From assembly GCA_963754875.1 (NCBI GenBank), contig CAVWHO010000008.1, positions 288,001 through 352,000 of the forward strand: a stretch of 64,000 nucleotides of DNA, in the 5' to 3' direction. Each line of letters opens with the position of its first letter. Position 1 is the stretch's first letter. The position numbers and the translations under genes are program-made. The notes below the pieces were generated by a model that worked only from the letters and a program-made list of their open reading frames with translations, was not told the origin of the DNA and did not search any database. Shown in pieces: positions 16,750 to 26,289 of this stretch. The stretch is from Nitrospirota bacterium (GTDB lineage Bacteria > Nitrospirota > UBA9217).

Positions 16750-18819
16750 ATGTTTACGAATTACCGATGTTCCTCTTGCGGCCGTCATCTCCACTGCGAA
16801 AATTCGTTTTTTCGTTGCACTACATGCCAAATCGATTTTCCCATCAGAGGTAAAATCCCCTTGTTCGGCAAAGATGCTGCCCGTTTTCAGGACCCGGCTC
16901 ACGAGATTGAATCGACCCCATCATCCGATACCGATGAAAACATGGCGTCGGACCAGTACGTAAAGATGGTTTTCGACAAATTATCATCTGATGTTGCCAG
17001 AGCCAAATATGCTCTGATGTTTTTTGCAGAAATGCAAGCCGGCTGGAAGTATTTAACGGACCTATCGCATGGGGACAACGCATTGGTAATCGGCTGTGGT
17101 ACAGGTATTACATCGTTAAATCTTCGCAGGTCCTTTCGGAATGTTTTTGTGATGGACACGGCTTTGGATAACCTCATGCTGGTACAAAGAAGATGTAAAC
17201 AAAACTGCATCGACAATGTCAACATCATTGCCGGCGGTGATACAAAGTATTTGCCGTTTCCGACAGATTTTTTCGATCTCATTTCCGTAAATGGTGTGTT
17301 TGAACAGGTTCCTTTAATGGCGCAAGATGCGGGTGTCAACGACGAAAGAGAATTACATAAAGACCTGGCAACATCGGCAGAACCATGGCTCGCGTCGGGT
17401 CCCCTGGATATCCAGGTTAATTTTTTAAATGAAATCAATCGAATGCTTAAAACGAATGGAACCCTTTATTTAGCGACTGATAACAGATTCAATTACGGCA
17501 ATTTCACCACCTCTTCCCACAATCCTACAAATCTGATGCAATCTTCACTCGTGCCGCGACGATTGGCGAGTCTTTTCTCCTTTCTCACTGGGAGAGGGCG
17601 TTCTCCATACTATTCCCGTTCTTATCCTGCTTTAAAAAAAATCCTAAAACGGTGCGGCTTTGAACATTTTAATTTTTATTCTCTGAAGCCTGATCACCGG
17701 TTGTTCCATGAAATACTATTCTTTGATAAAAATAATTCGCGGCAAATCAGCCGGGGGTCTGTAAAGGAAAGGATCAAGAGCAAACTTTACAATAGTAAAT
17801 ACTTATGTCCTTCTTTCGGCATCGTCGCCGGGAAAAAAAATGGAAAGACAGATAATTTTGTCCAAACAATTTTAAGCATAGTAACCGGTGAATTTGGGAA
17901 AAGATATGAGTTAAACAGATATCACACCATGATGAAAGGGAATGTTGTTTTGGACCTTGTCGAGAAGAACGATCCAACGAACGGATTCATCGTGAAAATC
18001 GCCATCGACGATGTTGCAGAGTCCCAGAACAGAAAAAATTACGACATGTTATCAAGTCTCCATAATGACTGCGCGATAACGGGAGGAATCAATCGACTTA
18101 TACCGAGACCGCGCGGAAAGCATGCCATCGCTGGCCAGACTGTCTACCTTGAAGATAAAATGCGCGGCATACAAGCCAGCCGAATGGGAAACGATGAAAC
18201 AATTAAAGACAGGATAATGAATAATGCCCTGGATTTTATCGTGAGCTTACATAAAGCCACGCTAAAACGGACTACGTGGGGCGAGGCTGATTATATGCAA
18301 TCCATTGGGGACGTCATTGAACGAGTAAGACGCATAGGCGAAAACGATCAGCTTGCCTTCGATAAGATCGACACGGTGCTGCGGAGCAGTTTCATCGGTC
18401 CGGGTCTCGCTCTGGCTCATAAGCACGGAGACTACAGCGTCGCTAATATATTGATCGATCCGAACGATTATACCATACAGGGTATAATCGATTGGGATAA
18501 TGCAGAGCAGCAACGCCCTATCCTGATCGACCTGGTCAACTTGATTGAATCGTCATACAATAATTACAACGACCTGGAATTAGGACATACGGTGACTGAC
18601 ATTTTGCTGAAAAATAATTTATCCGATTCAGAGAAGGCGATCGTGCGGAAGTATGGATCCATCTTTGGATGCCCTGAGGACTCGTTGGTACCGTATACCC
18701 TTGTATACTGGCTCTTTCATTTTGATTCTCAGATAAAATACAATTATTTAATCCATAACCCCAAGTGGATGAGAGATAACTATTACAATGTCCTGGCCGA
18801 GATGAAGAAGCTGTTGTAG
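16750..18819 (+). CDS. Fusion of a Trm112-like Zn ribbon, a class I SAM methyltransferase and an APH/protein-kinase-like domain
   Basis: CSSC...CTTC...FPIRGKIP; LVIGCGTG, LPFPTDFFDLI and EINRMLKTNG; IVKI, HGDYSVANIL and IIDWD. Confidence 0.85.
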   Translation: MFTNYRCSSCGRHLHCENSFFRCTTCQIDFPIRGKIPLFGKDAARFQDPAHEIESTPSSDTDENMASDQYVKMVFDKLSSDVARAKYALMFFAEMQAGWKYLTDLSHGDNALVIGCGTGITSLNLRRSFRNVFVMDTALDNLMLVQRRCKQNCIDNVNIIAGGDTKYLPFPTDFFDLISVNGVFEQVPLMAQDAGVNDERELHKDLATSAEPWLASGPLDIQVNFLNEINRMLKTNGTLYLATDNRFNYGNFTTSSHNPTNLMQSSLVPRRLASLFSFLTGRGRSPYYSRSYPALKKILKRCGFEHFNFYSLKPDHRLFHEILFFDKNNSRQISRGSVKERIKSKLYNSKYLCPSFGIVAGKKNGKTDNFVQTILSIVTGEFGKRYELNRYHTMMKGNVVLDLVEKNDPTNGFIVKIAIDDVAESQNRKNYDMLSSLHNDCAITGGINRLIPRPRGKHAIAGQTVYLEDKMRGIQASRMGNDETIKDRIMNNALDFIVSLHKATLKRTTWGEADYMQSIGDVIERVRRIGENDQLAFDKIDTVLRSSFIGPGLALAHKHGDYSVANILIDPNDYTIQGIIDWDNAEQQRPILIDLVNLIESSYNNYNDLELGHTVTDILLKNNLSDSEKAIVRKYGSIFGCPEDSLVPYTLVYWLFHFDSQIKYNYLIHNPKWMRDNYYNVLAEMKKLL

Positions 18820-18891
18820 GCCAGCGTCATGCCAGCATACGGTGCGTACTCCAGTGATCTCGTTTATATGCCTGACTTTTCATTCGCTTTT

Positions 18892-18907
18892 TGTGATATT
18901 AATCACA
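18892..18907. promoter_or_regulatory. CRP-type binding site
   Basis: TGTGA-TATTAA-TCACA, an exact TGTGA-N6-TCACA match in the intergenic region upstream of the lipoprotein gene. Confidence 0.75.
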
Positions 18908-19118
18908 TCATTTTCCCACGGTATCTATAAAATGGACATTCGAGACATGCTGCGTACACGCATGTCCGCTAAGACGGGATGCAAGCTCTAGGGAACGTGT
19001 AAAAACAGGGGTGAGCAGCGTAGCAAAAAAGGGCTTCGGGCGATAATCATTAAAGTTGGCCTAGTGTCTGTCGGAGAGACTCATATTACCTTATTCGATT
19101 TTGCTGGAGAGTAGAAAA

Positions 19119-19502
19119 GTGTCAAAGCGAATATCTTCATTGACGTTCATCGCAATACTCATTATGATCCTTGCAGGGTGCGGAGGAGGCGGTTCATCTT
19201 CGAATAATGGAACGGGTAGTTCTAACGGAGGCGGCAACGTAGCCGGGAGATTGACATGGGATGCGCCAACATCGAACACCGACGGTTCGCCCGCTACTGA
19301 CGTTGCAGGCTACAAAATATATTATGGGACTGTATCAGGCACATATACCGCATCGATAGATGTGGGAAATTCGACCTCGATCCAGATGGCTACTCTTTCC
19401 GCATCGGTCCCGGTCCCGGGTTTATACTATATCGCAGTGACTGCCTATGATACTGCTGGAAACGAAAGCGTCTATTCCAACGAAATAAGTCAAAATCTCT
19501 AA
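19119..19502 (+). CDS. Small lipoprotein with one FN3-like domain
   Basis: Lipobox LAGC, Gly/Ser/Asn linker, LTWDAP...GYKIYYG...YYIAVTAYD..GNES.YSNE; start GTG 19119 (or TTG 19101). Confidence 0.85.
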   Translation: MSKRISSLTFIAILIMILAGCGGGGSSSNNGTGSSNGGGNVAGRLTWDAPTSNTDGSPATDVAGYKIYYGTVSGTYTASIDVGNSTSIQMATLSASVPVPGLYYIAVTAYDTAGNESVYSNEISQNL

Positions 19503-19573
19503 GGAAGTCAGCAAGAGCAGGAACGTAACCAAAATTATTTCCACCTTGCGCTTTCAAGGGGAGGACGTACGGG

Positions 19574-19605
19574 AGCGAAGCATCGACCAATGCTTCGCTT
19601 TTTTT
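19574..19605 (+). terminator. Intrinsic terminator
   Basis: AGCGAAGCAT-cgacca-ATGCTTCGCT followed by a T run. Confidence 0.85.
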
Positions 19606-19680
19606 GCGATACCATTTGACTCGTTGATCATTGCTCTTCCCGCCCGAAGCTGTTTCCGCACTACTGCATGACCCCACTGT

Positions 19681-20787
19681 TCAGTTATTTGTCATGGTTA
19701 TTTCGTTTGAAAAAGAGCTTTCGGTCGTCCCGTCGGCATCATAGGCGGTTACACTGATATAGTACGCCCCAGGAGGGACGGCCGCTGAAAAATCCGCGAT
19801 CGCGTATCGCGGAGTACTACCAACATCGATTGAACCGGTATAAACACCGGGACTCGTGCCATAATAGATCCTATAGCCCGCCACGCCGGTCACGGGGGAA
19901 CCATCTATGTCTGAAACCGGTGCATCCCATGCTAACGCCGCCTCGCAGGTTACAGTCACATTGGTCACACTTGCCCCTGAAATCAAGCCGGCGCCGTTCC
20001 CCACGGTGCAGACTTGATTGGGAGGCTGCGTTTTAACCGTTACTTGATATGATGCCCCATCTGCAACCAAAGCAGAAAAATTGAACGAACCAGTTGTTGT
20101 TCCTATGGTGAGGTCATCAGTACCATTGTTTTGAAGGGTTACCGTCCCCGTAAGCCCTGATAGAACGCCGCCCACACTGTAGGCCGTATTGCAGGTAACA
20201 GTCACATTGGTCACATTTGCCCCTGAAATCGTACCCGTACCGTTCCCAACAATACAGATTTGGCCGGGAGGCTGTGTCTTAACTGTTACCTCGTATGCCG
20301 CCCCATCCGCCAGGGAGGAAGAAAATGTGAACGGACCATTTGTTACTATTGAAAGGTCATCAACACCATTGTTTTGCAGGACGACCGTCTGTGAAAAACC
20401 CGTTAGTGAACCGCCTACACTGTAGTTCATGACCGCATTGCAAGTTACCGTCACACTGGTCACATTTGCCCCTGAAATCGTGCCCGTGCCGTTCACGACA
20501 GTGCAGAGTTGGCCGGGAGGCTGTGTCTTAACCGTTACCTCATATGCCGCCCCCTCTGTAAGAGAGGAAGGAAACGTGAACTGACCATTTGTTACTATTG
20601 AAAGGTCATCAACACCATTGTTTTGAAGGGTTACCGTCCCCGTAAGTCCCGATAGACCACCGCCCACACTGTAGCGCGGTGTATTCCCTGCTCCGCTGCC
20701 GTTGCCACTACCGGCGCCACCACCACTTCCGCCAGAGCAAGAGAGCATAAGTGTCAGGACAGCAGAAAGAGCAATCAATGTCCTCAT
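19681..20787 (-). CDS. Lipoprotein with three ~83-aa beta-rich repeats and a C-terminal FN3-like domain
   Basis: Lipobox MLSC plus Gly linker; three copies of YSVGGxLxG...LQNNGxDDL...VKTQPPxQxCxVxNGxGxISGAxVTxVTVTC; LAWDAP...ESSFSNE. Confidence 0.85.
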   Translation of the reverse strand: MRTLIALSAVLTLMLSCSGGSGGGAGSGNGSGAGNTPRYSVGGGLSGLTGTVTLQNNGVDDLSIVTNGQFTFPSSLTEGAAYEVTVKTQPPGQLCTVVNGTGTISGANVTSVTVTCNAVMNYSVGGSLTGFSQTVVLQNNGVDDLSIVTNGPFTFSSSLADGAAYEVTVKTQPPGQICIVGNGTGTISGANVTNVTVTCNTAYSVGGVLSGLTGTVTLQNNGTDDLTIGTTTGSFNFSALVADGASYQVTVKTQPPNQVCTVGNGAGLISGASVTNVTVTCEAALAWDAPVSDIDGSPVTGVAGYRIYYGTSPGVYTGSIDVGSTPRYAIADFSAAVPPGAYYISVTAYDADGTTESSFSNEITMTNN

Positions 20788-20962
20788 CGCAAAACGTCCT
20801 CCTGCCCGGTTGTTGAAGGACTCATTTTACAGACTGCATCTATGCAACGCTCATTTTCCACAACCGATACCCCCGAACCTTCAGATGTTATACTCTTTTT
20901 TAGCCGCACCTCTGCCGTGCGTAGTGTGTTGTCATTGGTAGCTGAACAATTTCACAAGAGCG

Positions 20963-22108
20963 TCACTGTCTTTGAGGATTCCACATGACGCTTTTGTTGC
21001 CGGACAAAAATTTAGTCCACCCGACCAGTATTGACACGTTGACCATGATGAAATGGTACATAAAACCGAATAGAGCATGCTTCTTTTCATCGCGGTCCCG
21101 CAATAGCCGGATAAGACATAATCCATAGCAAACTATCTGAGCAAATAAAATTGCGTAATAGCCCCGCCCCCGGTCAAGCAAGAGGATGTTCAGGGGTAAC
21201 AACGAAAGTATAAAAAACGGCGCACTCAGCTTTAACAGCTTATGAGAGACGACTTCAAAGCTGAAAAGCGGATATTTGATCACATTCATCAGTTCGGCGT
21301 GCCTGAAAAGCGCCCTTAAGGTTCGATTGGTGATCCGTACCTGCCGCCTGAACTCACCGCTCTCATCAAGGGCCGGGGCTTCCGAACACGTCAGTTGTTC
21401 GAGCAATACGACCCTGCGACCCTGTTTGACAACCTTTAAAGGAAGAACCAGGTCATTGATGTCGTCAGCCTGAAGCGGCTTATAGAGGGATTTCCGCATG
21501 GCGAAGATGGCCCCGTCGGCGCCCACGCAGGAGCCAACCAGACTTTCATGCTTTTTGATGAATCGTTCCAAACGGGCATAGATGCTGGTCGTCACGACCA
21601 TTTTACCTTGCCCCTCGGAGACATAATTGGTACTGCCGGTCACCAACCCGATGCGCCTGTCGCCCGCCAACGAGCCGGCGATTATTTTCAAAGCATTTGG
21701 TTCGTACATCGAATCAGCGTCGGAAAACACGAGGATCTTTCCCCGCGCTTTCCGAACTGCATCGTTCAGCCCGGCGGTTTTCCCTTTCCGGACAGGCTGG
21801 GACAGCAGAATCACTCCACTGCTTTCATAGCGCTTGACTATTTCGTCCGTTCTGTCCGTGGAATTGTCGGACACGACGATTACTTCGACGTTCTCTTTCG
21901 GATAATCGAGTGCCAACGTGTTCTCGATTTTTTTTGCAATAACCTCCTCTTCGTTAAAGGCCGAAATGATCACGGTCATCCGAGGCATACTATCTTTGCT
22001 CAAAACGTCCATGTGGCGGAAGAGAGAAAGTATTTTCAGTAAAACAGGATACACAACATAGGGATAAACCACCATGAAACAGCAACTCAGAAAGGCAATC
22101 TTAATCAT
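20963..22108 (-). CDS. Glycosyltransferase family 2 with C-terminal TM helices
   Basis: ISAFNEE, SDNSTDRT, GKTAGLN, FSDAD, DD and RQVR motifs; start placed at MIKIAF. Confidence 0.92.
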   Translation of the reverse strand: MIKIAFLSCCFMVVYPYVVYPVLLKILSLFRHMDVLSKDSMPRMTVIISAFNEEEVIAKKIENTLALDYPKENVEVIVVSDNSTDRTDEIVKRYESSGVILLSQPVRKGKTAGLNDAVRKARGKILVFSDADSMYEPNALKIIAGSLAGDRRIGLVTGSTNYVSEGQGKMVVTTSIYARLERFIKKHESLVGSCVGADGAIFAMRKSLYKPLQADDINDLVLPLKVVKQGRRVVLLEQLTCSEAPALDESGEFRRQVRITNRTLRALFRHAELMNVIKYPLFSFEVVSHKLLKLSAPFFILSLLPLNILLLDRGRGYYAILFAQIVCYGLCLIRLLRDRDEKKHALFGFMYHFIMVNVSILVGWTKFLSGNKSVMWNPQRQ

Positions 22109-23243
22109 TCGTATCCCCCCCCTTCCGTAAAATCGTATCGTAAACACGCTGATACTCCTGTGCCATCCGCCTGCTTGAATATTTTATTAAGGCGGTTTCA
22201 CGTGCGCGCTTTCCCATTTGCATCGAACCCTGTGGATCGGACCGTACCTGGTTGATAGCATCTGCCAATGCATTCGGATTTCCCGGTTCGACAAGGATCC
22301 CCGTTTTCCCATTTTCCAGGACCGCGGGTATTCCACCCACCCGTGAAGCAATGATCGGAACTTTTGCCTGCATGGCCTCTAAAATCGTGATGGGCAGACC
22401 TTCCGTAAGCGACGGGAGAACAAAGACGCGAAAATACGGGAGGTAGTTATAGGCATAATCCCGGTAACCCGCGAACAGTATCTTGCCGGCGAGGCCGGCG
22501 TCGTTCACCATTGCTTCCAGGGATTGCCTTTGCGGCCCTTCTCCGATGATGACTGCCTTCACCGTGGTATTATGCTGTGAAAGGATGCGGAGCGCGTTAA
22601 TAAGATGGATAAGCCCCTTCTCCTCCGATAGCCGTGCTATCGTCCCGATCACAAAACCATCTTTGCAGAATTCATACACTGCAGGATCGGAACGAAAGAC
22701 TGCTTGCGGATCAAACTGCAACTCGGGAATACCGTTTTCAATGATACAGGAATGAGCGTCTGGAAGACAATTAACGCTTTGCTGTCGCACCTCAGCCCTG
22801 TTCACGCGAACAACCGCTGCCATTCTCCTCATGATCAGACAGTCTAAGACCTCATAGAACCATATTTTGGATAGTTTCTTTGTCGATGTCCTGCCGTGCT
22901 GAGTGCGTACCATGGGAATTCTTCTGATATGTTTGGGCAGCGATCCGATTAAAATATCTCCCTTATATCCGTGGCTATGGATAATGGCGACATGCGCTTC
23001 CTGTGCGAGATGCACCAACTTAATCGCACTATTTAGGCTGTATCCCCTTTTCATTTTGAATTGCAGGGCCGTCAAGTCCCTCTTTTTTGCTTCTTCGGCC
23101 ATCTCGTTGTTCTGATCGGACAAATCACATAAGCTTACAAGCATCGGAGTAAGATTCATCCTCCGCTGTTCCTCCATCAGATTCAGCAGCATGATCTCCG
23201 CGCCGTAGAGTCCGGAGCTGTCAATAATATGCAGTATCTTCAT
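22101..23243 (-). CDS. Glycosyltransferase family 4
   Basis: YGAE, ARLSEEKG and PSLTEGLPITILEAM. Confidence 0.93.
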   Translation of the reverse strand: MKILHIIDSSGLYGAEIMLLNLMEEQRRMNLTPMLVSLCDLSDQNNEMAEEAKKRDLTALQFKMKRGYSLNSAIKLVHLAQEAHVAIIHSHGYKGDILIGSLPKHIRRIPMVRTQHGRTSTKKLSKIWFYEVLDCLIMRRMAAVVRVNRAEVRQQSVNCLPDAHSCIIENGIPELQFDPQAVFRSDPAVYEFCKDGFVIGTIARLSEEKGLIHLINALRILSQHNTTVKAVIIGEGPQRQSLEAMVNDAGLAGKILFAGYRDYAYNYLPYFRVFVLPSLTEGLPITILEAMQAKVPIIASRVGGIPAVLENGKTGILVEPGNPNALADAINQVRSDPQGSMQMGKRARETALIKYSSRRMAQEYQRVYDTILRKGGDTND

Positions 23244-23264
23244 ATCTGGTGATGTCTATGAACC

Positions 23265-24266
23265 TTACACGGATTGCCGTGCTATAAGCGCCTGAAATGT
23301 CCTGAACCACAGCAATGACGAGGTGTGGCTGATATCTTCATGAAGAGCGACACGTTTCAGCAGGTAAGGGTTCGTTGACGGCGCATTGAACCCGAGCTCG
23401 GTCGTCACTGCGCCCTTGTAGCCCGCCTGTTTGACAAGGGATACCGCTTCAGCGTCCCAATTCCCGTTCGGATAGCTGAAGAAGGGGGTCACGGCAACGT
23501 CGGCGTGGCGCAGGACATCGAGGGATTTGGCCACTTCTTCGCATTTGGCATCATAAGCGAGCTGCGTGAGAATATTGTGATGTAATCCGTGGGAGCCGAA
23601 GGTAATTCCGAACCGGCCCATCTCACGGATTTGCTCCCATTTCATGACAGTGTCCGATGTGGACGGATTGATTCCCAACCGTTCATACCCCTTCAGCACG
23701 ATTGTGTCCAGCTTCTTTGCCGGCAGCTTTTTCAGCTCATTTGCCAAATCGTAGATCTGTTCAAGTCCAATGCCCGTTTGGCGCCAGGAAGGAGCGTGAC
23801 TTCGAAAATAGTCTATAAAAAGTTCACGGTGGTCATGCAAAACGACCTGGGAAGCCAATTCCCAGAGATTCTGGAACCAAAAGGTCTGCTGCAACGACAC
23901 CATGCTGACCGGGATGAAAATCGTGGCGGGCACGCGATACTTTTTGAGAACCGCAAAAGCACAATCATAATTATCATGCCAGCCGTCATCAAACGTAAAC
24001 GCACATAACCTTTTCCCCCTGCCGGCAGCTGTAATGATGTCATCAATCGGTACGATTTCAAATTGTCGTGCTATTTCCCGAATGTGCATCTCCAGCGTGT
24101 TCGCCGTGACAAACAAAGCCGGATCATGGAGTCCGGCCGGCAGCTTTTCCACTACCCGATGATACATAAAAATAAGCCTGAGATCTTTCCTGCGCGGCAG
24201 AACCGTCAACAGATTCTTAAAGGAAAACCCGGCGATGGTCTTTATCAATTCTTTCCCTGAGTTCAT
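23265..24266 (-). CDS. Polysaccharide deacetylase (CE4/NodB)
   Basis: MYHRV, TFDDG, GSHGLHH and FSYPNG. Confidence 0.92.
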   Translation of the reverse strand: MNSGKELIKTIAGFSFKNLLTVLPRRKDLRLIFMYHRVVEKLPAGLHDPALFVTANTLEMHIREIARQFEIVPIDDIITAAGRGKRLCAFTFDDGWHDNYDCAFAVLKKYRVPATIFIPVSMVSLQQTFWFQNLWELASQVVLHDHRELFIDYFRSHAPSWRQTGIGLEQIYDLANELKKLPAKKLDTIVLKGYERLGINPSTSDTVMKWEQIREMGRFGITFGSHGLHHNILTQLAYDAKCEEVAKSLDVLRHADVAVTPFFSYPNGNWDAEAVSLVKQAGYKGAVTTELGFNAPSTNPYLLKRVALHEDISHTSSLLWFRTFQALIARQSV

Positions 24267-24300
24267 CTTGTTTTGCCACTATCTTTTCGGAGAGACTCTT

Positions 24301-26289
24301 TTACGGCTGCCGTTCTCCCACTTTTTTCCCCAGTGCCTCCTGCAGGGCGACCATGTGCTGGATAGTATTGTTTATCTGCGTGTACGCTGCTGTTTTGTCA
24401 GGAACAAGGTTGTTCAGCCCGAATTTCAGGTTCTCATTATTATACACCACATTTGCCACCTGGTTTTTCATATAATACTGTCCTTCATACGTGTATCCGT
24501 CGGCCCCCAAATAGGAATTGGCAAAAAAATACGTGACGCGGTCCCGCAACTGGCGTTCCCAGAGTGGAGACCCCTGTTCCATGCTTCTGTCAGCAGTAAT
24601 ACCCATCAGATCCGATACGGTAGGAGCAATATCGATGTGCGATGTCACCCACGGGATTGTGACCGTAGAGTGAAGGACTCGCGGCGCATAAATAAGCAGC
24701 GGGACATGGAAGGAATATTCGTCGATCATGCCGCCCTGGAAGCTCGGGTCTTCCTGTTTCGTGCGCACGCCGTGGTCACCGACTACGACGATGATCGTCC
24801 TATCCAACTGGTCGTGCTTCTGAAGAATGTTTACCAGTTCACCCAACCACTTGTCTTGCAATTTGATAGTTTCATGACCTCGAGCAATCAGGTCGTCGTG
24901 GCTTCCCGTGCTTTGCAGCTTCAGCCACGGAGCATGGCCGATCTGGGGACCGATCGCGACACAAAACTTTTGCTCTTCCTGAAGCCATTTTTCCAAATCT
25001 TTTTCTAAAATACGCAGAGTCGCCCGGTCTTCCGCTATTCTCACCTTTTCAACATTTTCGGTCGACAGGTCCTTGGTGTCTTTGGGCAATTCCTCTGGCA
25101 GCATTCTTTTCTGAAAATACTGGAACCGGAACCCCAGGGATTGGAACAAAGCGGCATCCGTAACATTTGGTGTGTAATAGACCTTCGTAACGTATCCCAT
25201 GTCAGACAAGTCATGGATCATGCCGGGAAAGTGTCTACCCGGCCGGTCCGCAAAATTATCATTCAGACTCGATGGGTAGAGTGAAGTAAAAATGGAAAAC
25301 CATGCCCTGTTTGTATACGGGTAAGTAGTGTAATGCTCCAAGCCGACAAATGCCTGTTTCCGCAGCCGTCGCAGGACCGGCAGATCCTGGAGACCTCCGT
25401 CCAGGTGGAGCACCCGCGCAGGTGCGGTTTCAAATATAAAAAACAATACATTGTATCCTTCAGCCTTGGCCCAATAACGAGGGTTCTTTTCCCAGGCCGG
25501 GGCATGAACAAGCTCCCGGTAACGCCTCAACAACTCCCCGGAATCCAACTGGCTGTACTTCTTGGCTAAAATGCTTTCTGCTCTGATCCCCAGGAGGGAA
25601 TCTGTCGCCACAATGAAAATACTTTTATGATATTGTGTCGAAGGAAGGGATGAGGCTATAGATGGAGCCAAGGTAATTAATACAACCAGTACGAAGTACC
25701 CAACGGCCCCGTAGCGCCATCGCTTCGGATTATGCGGGACGGCGCCCCTTTTGTCGCGCAGGGCCGCCCATAGTGTCATCCCGGAGATAAATACGACGGC
25801 CAACGAAATCTCCGCAATGCCGCTCTTGGAAACATACTGGCCGATGAACTCGGGATGATGCCACCCCCACCAAAGGGAGTCGCGCAAGGTGGACGAGGAA
25901 TAATACTGTCCCGTCTGCAAATAGCACTGCCACGTTGCGAAGAGCATGAAAAAAAGACTTATATTCAGAACGACAGCAATCAATGCGCGATATCCGCCCG
26001 GCAATATCCGGATGATGCACAGATAGCAGATCGGGAAGAGGATGAAACCGAGTAACATATCGCTTTGAAAGAACGTTAATTTTTCCCAAAATCCCAGGGC
26101 ATCATCTCCAAATCTTCCCAGATTGTGAGATACAACCATTGTGGCAGTCAAAATGAGGAGGGAATACTTTATCTTTAACGTCAGAATAAGTACCGGTATC
26201 AGTGCAAACACATAGCGCAAGGATGAAGTCCAATTGTCGTCGCACCGGAATTTCCTGATCAAATCGTTCGGCTGTATCGAATATTTCAC
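24301..26289 (-). CDS. LTA synthase / sulfatase-like membrane protein
   Basis: About five N-terminal TM segments; FET, PYT (Thr nucleophile), HAPW, GDHG and SHIDIAPT. Confidence 0.82.
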   Translation of the reverse strand: MKYSIQPNDLIRKFRCDDNWTSSLRYVFALIPVLILTLKIKYSLLILTATMVVSHNLGRFGDDALGFWEKLTFFQSDMLLGFILFPICYLCIIRILPGGYRALIAVVLNISLFFMLFATWQCYLQTGQYYSSSTLRDSLWWGWHHPEFIGQYVSKSGIAEISLAVVFISGMTLWAALRDKRGAVPHNPKRWRYGAVGYFVLVVLITLAPSIASSLPSTQYHKSIFIVATDSLLGIRAESILAKKYSQLDSGELLRRYRELVHAPAWEKNPRYWAKAEGYNVLFFIFETAPARVLHLDGGLQDLPVLRRLRKQAFVGLEHYTTYPYTNRAWFSIFTSLYPSSLNDNFADRPGRHFPGMIHDLSDMGYVTKVYYTPNVTDAALFQSLGFRFQYFQKRMLPEELPKDTKDLSTENVEKVRIAEDRATLRILEKDLEKWLQEEQKFCVAIGPQIGHAPWLKLQSTGSHDDLIARGHETIKLQDKWLGELVNILQKHDQLDRTIIVVVGDHGVRTKQEDPSFQGGMIDEYSFHVPLLIYAPRVLHSTVTIPWVTSHIDIAPTVSDLMGITADRSMEQGSPLWERQLRDRVTYFFANSYLGADGYTYEGQYYMKNQVANVVYNNENLKFGLNNLVPDKTAAYTQINNTIQHMVALQEALGKKVGERQP

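Noticed and set aside
18955..19030. c-di-GMP-I (GEMM) riboswitch-like stretch (gggatgcaagct...)
   Set aside because: Only a loose resemblance; it lacks the GNAAA 5' motif, the GNRA loop and the GCAAAG core, and I could not build P2. An Infernal scan would settle it.
20825..20865. Sigma54 promoter upstream of the repeat lipoprotein
   Set aside because: The GG to GC spacing is 12 nt, not 10.
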